Notes under the pieces: model-generated
What the model saw: the letters and a program-made list of their open reading frames with translations, nothing else
What the model was told of the DNA's origin: nothing
Database searches by the model: none
Program-made: the position numbers and the translations under genes
In this document: positions 36,939-47,600 of the stretch, in pieces
How positions within the stretch are numbered: the first letter of the stretch is position 1
Layout of the letters: each line of letters opens with the position of its first letter
From: Macrostomum lignano
Lineage: Eukaryota
Length of the DNA: 64,000 nt
Assembly: GCA_002269645.1 (NCBI GenBank)
Contig: NIVC01000127.1
Location: 1-64,000, forward strand
Direction of reading: 5' to 3'

Positions 36939-37503
36939 TTACCTAGATGGTCCACTTCAGCCGCCTAGCGGCAGCGCGAAAACCCCGGGTTTTGACCACA
37001 GACTGCAGCTTCTGCTGCTCTCAAGACATTACCTCTGGGTTTTCGGGGCCGAAAAACCGTAACAATTTTTTATCTGGACTGTCATGTAAAGATATCACAG
37101 CAATACATGCAGGCTGATTGAAGTTGAAACTGAAGCTATAGCTGATAAGTTCACCCATTCAGCTAGAGGTTGTGCCAAAATTGTCGTAACTTCAATAAAC
37201 CCTCGTAGTTTGATAGGCGTGTAGAAGAAATCTTATAATCGAAATAGAATTTAAATGATGTAGCTGTTATAGTCTGAATCACTTTTTGCAGAACTACAAA
37301 CTTATTTATTTATTTATGTATTTATTTCAAAAAATAGACATGACTCTTACTGTGTAACAGAATCCATATGATTCCGACAGGGTTTTGTTTAAATAATCGC
37401 AGGGTATATAAATAAAACAAAGCACTCGCCGCCACCACCACAAGCATTGGATAATTATTTGCTTTCCCTATTATATGGTTTCGATCCCATGACCATCATG
37501 AAG

Positions 37504-39081
37504 TCAGCCTCTGTGCAGGGTGCACAGCTTCGGCATCGGGCAGGGCGGACTGCTGCACTCCGACTTGCTGATGCAGTTGCCGCACCGGTGCGTGCGCACG
37601 TAGCTTTTGCGCGTCTCCTTGACCTTGCCGTCTGGCAGCTTCTGCCGCGTGATCTTCGGCTGCATGCACGAATTGCAGGCGTAGCACTTTCTGGTGCACA
37701 CGGTGCTTCCGCCGGATGTTGTACAGTTGGGCTTCAGCTCGCAGCTGGACTGGTTGTAGCACTTCCACCTGAGGGGTTGTGGAATACGGCGCTTTGTTTA
37801 AACTCCGGACTGAATGATTGATTGTACCGGCATTGGAATTTGCAAATTTCTATGGACTTCACTCACGGCATGAGGACGATCTGCATTCCCTTGCTCGGCA
37901 GATTCAACACTTTTTTCTTGCGGACAGGTGTCATGATGTTCTTCTTCTTCTGCTCTTGCGGCTGGTCCACGCGGTCAGCTGAAATATCAGCCAGGGCATG
38001 AGCCATGGTAAATAGCATTGGATTGCTAATCTATCCATGGTAAATAGCACTGGATTGCTAATCTATCCATGGTAAATAGCACTGGATTGCTAATCTATCC
38101 ATGGTAAATAGCATTGGATTGCTAATCTATCCATGGTAAATAGCATTGGATTGCTAATCTATCCATGGTAAATAGCACTGGATTGCTAATCTATCCATAG
38201 TAGATAGCATTGGATTGCTAATCTATCCATGGTAAATAACATTGGATTGCTAATCTATCCATAGTAAATAGCACTGGATTGCTAATCTATCCATAGTAAA
38301 TAGCACTGGATTGCTAATCTATCCATGGTAAATAGCACTGGATTGCTAATCTATCCATGGTAAATAGCACTGGATTGCTAATCTATCCATGGTAGATAGC
38401 ACTGGATTGCTAATCTATCCATGGTAAATAGCACTGGATTGCTAATCTATCCATGGTAGATAGCATTGGATTGCTAATCTATCCATGGTAAATAGCATTG
38501 GATTGCTAATCTATCCATGGTAAATAGCATTGGATTGCGAATCTATCCATGGTAGATAGCATTAGATTGCTAATCTATCCATGGTAGATAGCACTGGATT
38601 GCTAATCTATCCATGGTAAATAGCACTGGATTGCTAATCTATCCATGGTAAATAGCACTGGATTGCTAATCTAGACATGGTAAATAGCATTGGATTGCTA
38701 ATCTATCCATGGTAAATAGCATTGGATTGCTAATCTAGCCAACATCGTGGAGGACGGAATGGATTGGATTGCTAATCTATCCAACATCGTGGAGTACGAA
38801 ATGGATTATTGGATTGCTAATCTATCCAACATAATGGAGTACGAAATGGATTATTGGATTGCTAATCTAGCCAACATCGTGGAGTACGAAATGGATTGGA
38901 TTGCTAATCTAAATATCCAAAGCTTCCGGAGGCAAGGCGTACAGCAAAGATAAAAATCGAGGCTCTCACCAACTGAAGTTGCTGGCCGCAGATGAACTTG
39001 CGCTTTCACCACCTCCATGGGAAGCGATGAGGCGCCCAGCATCATCGCGGTGACCAGGCAAAACGCCAGCAGGTATCGCAT
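37504..39081 (-). CDS. Uncharacterised secreted, basic, 12-cysteine protein (162 aa); exons 39081-38970, 37978-37867, 37768-37504
   Basis: Signal-like MRYLLAFCLVTAMMLGASS; donors GTGAGA and GTGAGT; phases 1 and 2 join into an open 489-nt frame; GC3-rich codons like the neighbouring genes. Confidence 0.8.
38003..38910. repeat. 32-bp minisatellite CCATGGTAAATAGCACTGGATTGCTAATCTAT in intron 1 of the Cys-rich gene
   Basis: About 23 units, then longer variant units that keep the GGATTGCTAATCTA core. Confidence 0.93.
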
Positions 39082-40841
39082 TTCGATGCTGTCCTAGAGC
39101 GACTCAAAATACAGCAATTGAATTGCTGCTTTGAGTAATTGAACACGACTCAAGGAACTCTAGCAAGACAACGGAAAACCGTGATTCAGTTGCGAGTTAG
39201 CAAAACTGTCATTAACTCACTCAGTCCCGCTGAGAAATCTTTCCGGTGTAAAAAAACCCGAGGCTGAGACCGAGCTTTAATGCAGCATAGAGGCTGCATG
39301 GTCTGGTTTGCTCATCTGCCACCCTGAGTACATAAGCTATTGTGGCATATTGGGCACAGTGCGCAGTATGAGCACAGTGTGCCATTGTTTGAGTCCACTG
39401 TACAATTCCTAACTCGATGTTGGCCCAGCTGGATGTTGACACTCGCGCCCGAAGCACGTTTTAGTCTGCGCATACAATTAATGCGAAGCAAACGCCTTAG
39501 ACTAGCCTAAATAGCTCTTTAATTTGAACTATTCCTCGCGCACATAATCTGCAACATCTGCAACCGTCTACTAATATAGTAGACAAAATAGCGAATGTCT
39601 ATGGTTTTGAATTTAAAGAACATTTTGGCGGCCAGTTTGATCGTATTAACAGTAGAACTACCAAGGGGGTTTTCCCCCTGATAACTTTTTTGCTGCGCCG
39701 GAACGGAGCAACGCAGGCACACGAAATTCAATAAGATGGGCCAACCTTTTGTTGCGCACCTTCTCAAACAAAAATCATGTCACCCGCCCTCCAGACCGTC
39801 GAGATATTCGATGATTCTTTCGAAAGGTCGGATTTTTCCATAAGCGCTAGTGTATTCAGTACACCTCTGTGCGCCAATCAGCCCTGCGCCTCAGTGCAGC
39901 CTTGGCAAGTCTCCAAATTTCATCAGCACGTCGACCACATGTGTCTGCATCAGATGTGACTTCGCTGATCACTGGTCTTCACCCAGACGGAGCTTCTGGA
40001 CCTTCAACAGGTGGAACCAGGTGTCATCTGTTGAAGTTTCTAACGGCGTCGGGGTGATGACTGAATGCTTGAGAGACTAGCTGAGGATGTCCAGCAGTTG
40101 AGGCTTGCCCACTGTCGAGGCTTGATCAGCAAAACTCGAGAAATTTGCAACAGTGTGTCCATAGTCACCTTGATATCTCAGCAACTCCCCCTTCAGCCAT
40201 GGCATCTCAGAAAACTCCCCTTTGAGCCATTGGCATCCCCCTAAGACTGCAAAGAGCAGTCATTTTCTGAGTCTCATCCCTCAGAATAAGTTCCAGATTC
40301 TTAATCAAGTGTTCGTATGGCCCTGTGTGTAGCCAGGCCGCTAAGCTGGATCTGCACTTTTGCACCAAAGGTTCGTCGTCTCGGACTGGAGATTAGCTTG
40401 AATTATTTGAAGTAATTCACCTTTTATGAGGCCAAAAATTTAAAAACAATTCATGACGTTAACACTGATATTAAACTCTTGCAAGAATAGATAAGGTTTA
40501 CAAATAGCCGTTCATTTCTCTAAAAAATGATTGACACTGAAATTTCCGTCCCGAGCTTCACAAATTCTATGAACCAATCGAATCATGAAGCTTTTAATTT
40601 CAGTGCATCAAATTCAATAAATATTGGAACTAAAGAATAAAATCTGTTTGGGATTACTGAGTATTTGTATTTGAGTACACAATTGTATTAATATTTATTT
40701 GTTTAATAATTTAATCCGAACAAAGAATACAGTGTCCAATTAATAGTTGAGCTGGAGTTCGTAACAGCTATAAGGCTATCAGATTTGAATCCGCTTTAGG
40801 CATTGTTTTGCACTTTAATTGTATAGTGGAGTCGCAATCAA

Positions 40842-41260
40842 TCATTCTCTCTCGACGCTCTGACCCTTCATGGCGAAGCTCTTGACCTCCTGGCCCTCCT
40901 GGATGAGGGCGCACAGGCCGCAGAAAAACCAGACGCAGAAGTCGCCAATAAAGCTGCCATCGATGCCCTGACGCTCCCTGATCTTGCCGCGCACGATGGG
41001 GCCGAGGATGAAGCCGAGGCCGCAGGCCATGCCCAAGGCGCACAGCATGCAGCTGTCGCCAACGGCCTCTGCATTCTTGCCGAACGTGTAGCACGGCACA
41101 AAATAGGTGATGATGCACAGGCCTGCAAGAGAGTGCACGCATTCAAACAAATTTGTTCGCCAATAACTAATGAATGAAAGGTGAATGGTTAGTTGGCGAG
41201 CTGCCCGGACTTACCGCAATCGTCGAAGCAGCCGCAGAGTCCGTGCTGGAATTCGCCCAT
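40842..41260 (-). CDS. PLAC8/cornifelin-family cysteine-rich protein (108 aa); exons 41260-41215, 41122-40842
   Basis: MGEFQHGLCGCFDDC|GLCIITYFVPCYTFGKNAE...RGKIRERQGIDGSFIGDFCVWFFCGLCALIQEGQEV matches the PLAC8 pattern; 92-bp GT-AG intron. Confidence 0.92.
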
Positions 41261-41947
41261 GTTGCTGCAGCAGAGTTGTTAGTTGCGAACTAATTAGCGA
41301 GTGCGCGCCTGTATAGAGCTTGGTCCAATTTGCCCGAGCCGCAGTCTAAGCGTGGCTTGCTGTTGTAGGCCCCATATATATTTCCGCTTCGAATATATGC
41401 GCGCCTGAGCCACACTGCCTGTACAGCGATAAGTTTTATCGCTGTGCAGCTCGAGGCATGGAGCCGGTCCTCGCTGTTAGAGCAATGGCAATGGGCTCCG
41501 ATAACACCGCTTGGTGCCGGCGGTGTCGCCCCAACCCTTCCTCCCTAGCGAGTGTTGGCTTGCTGCACTGCGCCGTTGCTATGGTAACCCCAGCAAGTAA
41601 ATGTCTCTCCCGCCCTGCTGTCTCTCCATTTTGTTTTATTTTTATATATCTGCGCAACTGATTCACATGAATATTTTGTTGCTATTGGTGATGGAAACCA
41701 CTTGGAGAGAGGGAGAGGTCAGATTTTCATTGATAATGAAATTGTGTATTGGAGCTTTGGCTATTTATGTGCCTATCTGTCTCTGATATCTGACTTAAAC
41801 CTGTTTCGTTACAGCGAATCACCATATATGGTGAAATTCTGTCTTCAAGCGCACACAGTCTGCTTTCTCTGCAATTGAGATACTCCAATGAGATTTAGCC
41901 TGCCTCGACTGCCCGCAATGCATGCCTTGTTAATTGTTTTCAAGCTG

Positions 41948-42531
41948 GAATGGATTGCTAATCTATAGCCTGGCTTATCATGATGATGGAATAGAATGGA
42001 TTGCTAATCTATAGCCTGGCTTATCATGATGATGGAATAGAATGGATTGCTAATCTATAGCCTGGCTTATCATGATGATGGAATAGAATGGATTGCTAAT
42101 CTATAGCCTGGCTTATCATGATGATGGAATAGAATGGATTGCTAATCTATAGCCTGGCTTATCATGATGATGGAATAGAATGGATTGCTAATCTATAGCC
42201 TGGCTTATCATGATGATGGAATAGAATGGATTGCTAATCTATAGCCTGGCTTATCATGATGATGGAATAGAATGGATTGCTAATCTATAGCCTGGCTTAT
42301 CATGATGATGGAATAGAATGGATTGCTAATCTATAGCCTGGCTTATCGTGATGATGGAATAGAATGGATTGCTAGTCTATAGCCTGGCTTATCATGATGA
42401 TGGAATAGAATGGATTGTTAATCTATAGCCTGGCTTATCATGATGATGGAATAGAATGGATTGCTAATCTATAGCCTGGCTTATGATGATGATGGAATAG
42501 AATGGATTGCTAATCTATAGCCTGGCTTATC
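41948..42531. repeat. 46-bp minisatellite GAATGGATTGCTAATCTATAGCCTGGCTTATCATGATGATGGAATA
   Basis: About 12 near-identical units. Confidence 0.95.
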
Positions 42532-42887
42532 CCGGTGGCTACTGCAGCCTAGAGTTGGGAACTAGCCAATTGACTCAAGGTCAATAGGAGTCTGCAAGGA
42601 GATAAGGGTAAATCCCTAATTGGTTGGCTGAGAGCGACTCCCTTATCAAATCCCTCCTTCCAGTAACAGGATTTGAGATTTACCACTCTGTGCTGATTCT
42701 TTTAGATATACTGAACTGGACGCACAGTTTTTTTAGTGTTACTAAAAGTAGTCTGTTTTGTTAGATTCTAATTGAATTTTCTTTTCTTTTTTGGGCAATA
42801 TCAGCGCAAAATGGAGCTCTGTTTGTTTGCACTGGACACGGCGGGTGAAAGGTGAAGCAGAGCCATTACGAGCGTAGCGATCGAAAA

Positions 42888-43055
42888 ATCAATCAATCAA
42901 TAATCAGTCAGTCGATCCGTTAATAAATCATACAGTCAATCAATTCTTTATCAATCAATAGATCAATCAATTATCAATCAATGAATCACTCAACTTTATC
43001 TATCTATCAATCAGTTACGCTCGAAATCAATCAACCAATCAATCAATCAATCGGT

Positions 43056-43089
<34 letters not shown>

Positions 43090-43251
43090 TCGGTCAATCA
43101 ATCAACCAATTAATTAATCAATCGATCAACCAATCGATAAATCCTTCAATCAATCAATCAATCAACCAACCAACCAACCAATCAATCAACTAATGAACCG
43201 ATAAATCAATCAATCAACCGATAAATCAATCAATCTACCAATCAATCAATT

Positions 43252-43283
<32 letters not shown>

Positions 43284-43467
43284 CACCAATCAATCAATCA
43301 ATCAATCCACCAATCAATCAATCAATCAATCAACCGATAAATCAACCAACCAACCAATCAATCAACTAATGAACCGATAAATCAATCAATCAACCAATCA
43401 ATCAACTAATGAACCGATAAATCAATCAATCAACCGATAAATCAATCAATCTACCAATCAATCAATT

Positions 43468-43503
<36 letters not shown>

Positions 43504-43685
43504 CACCAATCAATCAATCAATCAATCAATCCACCAATCAATCAATCAATCCACCAATCAATCAATCAATCAATCAACCAACCAACCAACCAACCAACTA
43601 ATGAATCAATCAGACAATCAATCAGTCAATCAGGCAATCAATCAGTCATACAATGAATAAATCAATCAATCAATGAATCAGTCAG
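42888..43685. repeat. (AATC)n compound microsatellite
   Basis: Degenerate ATCA/ACCA tetramer tract. Confidence 0.93.
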
Positions 43686-44154
43686 TTAATCCGAGCATGA
43701 ATTCCACTAGTCTGATTTCATCCCGTGCATTTACATTGTTGCGTCAGCTCAAGCATCCCCTATAAACGAGCTAAGCAGCCTCAGCTGAGCCCTTAGCTTC
43801 GAAGAACACTATTTTTAGCTTTGAATTGAGCTGCAACTTGTAAATAATAGCAAGTGTGTCTATTATTCCGAGGTTGAATAACTGGTTTATCTACCTGGAT
43901 ATTTTTACAAGTATAGCTAGGAATGACAGCGAAGGTTTTTTATGCAGTAGAATTGCAAATATTTCAATATTTAATATTAACTCTATGAGAGTTATTGCTT
44001 AGTTTGCTAAGACAGCAAAGCAGTTCTCTGAAGTATAAGAATAATTGGCTTTTTGAAGTCATATATGCAAGTACATTATAAGCAACAGGGCAAGCTCGGT
44101 CAATACCTGCTCACAAGGACGCAAGGGTAAGTAAGTAGGACCAGTTTGGGTCTT

Positions 44155-44592
44155 AGCTGACTCCGCCAGATCATGATAGGCCTAGCTAGGTCATGACCCG
44201 GCGGAGTCATCTATGACCCAGCTATGACCCAGGACTAGATAGGTGATAGATGACTCCGCCAGGTCATGATAGGACTAGCTGGGTCATAGATGACTCCGTC
44301 AGGTCATGATAGGACTAGCTGGGTCATAGATGACTCCGTCAGGTCATGATAGGACTAGCTGGGTCATAGATGACTCCGTCAGGCCATGATAGGTCTAGCT
44401 GGGTCATAGATGACTCAGTCAGGCCATGATAGGTCTAGCTGGGTCATATATGACTCAGTCAGGCCATGATAGGTCTAGCTGGGTCATAGATGACTCAGTC
44501 AGGCCATGATAGGTCTAGCTGGGTCATAGATGACTCAGTCAGGCCATGATAGGTCTAGCTGGGTCATAGATGACTCCGTCATGTCATGATAG
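44155..44592. repeat. 40-bp minisatellite AGGTCATGATAGGACTAGCTGGGTCATAGATGACTCCGTC with one inverted unit
   Basis: About 10 units immediately 3' of the glycosyltransferase stop codon; inverted 21-mer at 44202-44222. Confidence 0.88.
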
Positions 44593-44603
44593 GCTTGGCA
44601 ACA

Positions 44604-47600
44604 CTATAGTAATTGGCTGGACTCCAGCTGCTCATAGGTGATTAATCTCGGGAATTCCTTGTACGCATCGAACGTTGGCATTCGCTGCTTGTGGTAGCCG
44701 AGGTGCGTGAACTGGTGAATGGCCACCGTCCTGTTTGTTATGAAGAGTTCGTCGCTTTTCTCAAAGCCCATCTGCTGCAGTTGAAGGCACACTCGCTGGC
44801 TTGGTGAGAGCCCTCCGGAGTGCCTTTGGAGACGTGGCGCCACTGCGGAGTGAGAGTGCGTTGGACTGTGCTTGCGAATGGCTAGATTAGCAATCCATTC
44901 TATTCCTTTATCCATGTAGGCTAGATTAGCAATCCATTCTATTCCTTTACCCAATGTAAGCTAGATTAGCAATCCATTCTATTCCTTTAATCATGTAGGC
45001 TAGATTAGCAATCCATTCTATTCCTTTATCCATGTAGGCTAGATTAGCAATCCATTCTATTCCTTTACCCAATGTAAGCTAGATTAGCAATCCATTCTAT
45101 TCCTTTATCTATGTAGGCTAGATTAGCAATCCATTCTATTCCTTTATCTAATGTAGGCTAGATTAGCAATCCATTCTATTCCTTTATTCATGTAGGCTAG
45201 ATTAGCAATCCATTCTATTCCTTTAACAAATTTAAGCTAGATTAGCAATCCATTCTATTCCTTTAATAATGTAGGCTAGATTAGCAATCCATTCTATTCC
45301 TTTATCCATGTAGGCTAGATTAGCAATCCATTCTATTCCTTTATCCATGTAGGCTAGATTAGCAATCCATTCTATTCCTTTACCCAATGTAAGCTAGATT
45401 AGCAATCCATTCTATTCCTTTATCCATGTAGGCTAGATTAGCAATCCATTCTATTCCTTTTTTCATGTAGGCTAGATTAGCAATCCATTCTATTCCTTTA
45501 TCCTATGTAGGCTAGATTAGCAATCCATTCTATTCCTTTATCTAATGTAGGCTAGATTAGCAATCCATTCTATTCCTTTACCCTATGTAGGCAAGATTAG
45601 CAATCCATTTTAATCCTTTATCTATGTAGGCTAGATTAGCAATCCATTCTATTCCTTAATCCGTGTTGGCTAGATTAGCAATCCATTCTATTCCTTAATC
45701 CGTGTTGGCTAGATTAGCAATCCATTCTAATCCTTAATCCGTGTTGGCTAGATTAGCAATCCACTTTATTCCTTTATCCATGTAGGCTAGATTAGCAATC
45801 CATTCTATTCCTTTATCCAATGTAGGCTAGATTAGCAATCCACTCTATTCCTTTATCCAATGTAGGCTAGATTAGCAATCCATTCTATTCCTTTATCCAA
45901 TGTAGGCTAGATTAGCAATCCATTCTAATCCTTTATCCATGTAGGCTAGATTAGCAATCCATTCTATTCCTTTATCCATGTAGGCTAGATTAGCAATCCA
46001 TTCTATTCCTTTATCCTATGTAGGCTAGATTAGCAATCCATTCTAATCCTTTATCCATGTAGGCTAGATTAGCAATCCATTCTATTCCTTTATCTAATGT
46101 AGGCTAGATTAGCAATCCATTCTAATCCTTTATCCATGTAGGCTAGATTAGCAATCCATTCTATTCCTTTATCCATGTAGGCTAGATTAGCAATCCATTC
46201 TATTCCTTTATCCTATGTAGGCTAGATTAGCAATCCATTCTATTCCTTTATCCATGTAGGCTAGATTAGCAATCCATTCTATTCCTTTAATCATGTAGGC
46301 TAGATTAGCAATCCATTCTATTCTTTTATCCAATGTAGGCTAGATTAGCAATCCATTCTATTCCTTTATCCAATGTAGGCTAGATTAGCAATCCATTCTA
46401 TTCCTTTATCCAATGTAGGCTAGATTAGCAATCCATTCTATTCCTTTATCCAATGTAGGCTAGATTAGCAATCCATTCTATTCCTTTATCCAATGTAGGC
46501 TAGATTAGCAATCCATTCTATTCCTTTATCCATGTAGGCTAGATTAGCAATCCATTCTATTCCTTTATCCAATGTAGGCTAGATTAGCAATCCATTCTAT
46601 TCCTTTATCCAATGTAGGCTAGATTAGCAATCCATTCTATTCCTTTATCCATGTAGGCTAGATTAGCAATCCATTCTATTCCTTTATCCACGTAGGCTAG
46701 ATTAGCAATCCATTCTATTCCTTTACCCAATGTAAGCTAGATTAGCAATCCATTCTCGAATTCGAAAGCACCGCATCACTCAGCAAGCAATTTATTCTAA
46801 GAACAACAAGAGAGGCCCCTCACTACTCTTGCAGCGGCCGTAGATGCCGCTCCGCGGGTTAATCTTTGGCGAGAAGTAGGTCTCGTTGAGCATGACAACC
46901 GTCGGGTTAGCTGCGTCCCTCTTCCACAGGTCGAACTGTTTCGTGAGCATTTCCGGGCCCGTAGTGGAGAAAATGGCTGAAACAGGAGTCAGGTGATCGG
47001 GCTTTGCAGAGAAGTTCTGTCCAATAATTCCTGGGAAAAAAACAATTTTGCGACTCACAAACAGGAAAAAGGAAATTCCTTTTAGCCGTGCTCGGTCGGA
47101 ACACGAATCGGATAACTTGGCGAAAGAACGGGTGCCCTGGCGTGCAGCCCATGGCCGAGTTCATGGCTGAGTACTGCCTGCCGTGTAGAAACTGAGTCTG
47201 GTGCCGCCGCTCGCTGTCCAAGAAGCAGCTGTGCGGTGCCAGGCTGGGCAGCAGCGGCGCATGGCAGGTCATGTCTAAGTCCATGTACAGCCCTGTGCAA
47301 GCAGCGGGCGGATGCTGGGAGTTGGCATTCAATATCGGATGAGGGACACCCAACGCTCTCGAATTCATGCAAATTTCAGAGGAAGATGCAGGTCTTTGCC
47401 CAGCCGAAATTCATGTCACACGCTTTGGTCGAGAGGTTTACCAGATAGACTGGCATGCAGTTTTATCCAATAGACTGGCAGTTTTACCCAATGGACTGGC
47501 AGTTTTATCCAATAGACTGGCAGTTTTACCCAATAGACTGGCAGTTTTACCCAATAGACTGGCAGTTTTACCCAATGGACTGGCAGTTTTATCCAATAGA

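Noticed and set aside
39700-40400. GC-balanced segment suggestive of a degraded TE ORF
   Set aside because: Multiple stops and no recognisable domain by eye.
44881-46756. CRISPR-like look (constant repeat plus variable segment)
   Set aside because: The variable part is only 6-8 nt of related sequence, not unique 25-45-nt spacers; there are no cas genes; the context is a eukaryotic intron.
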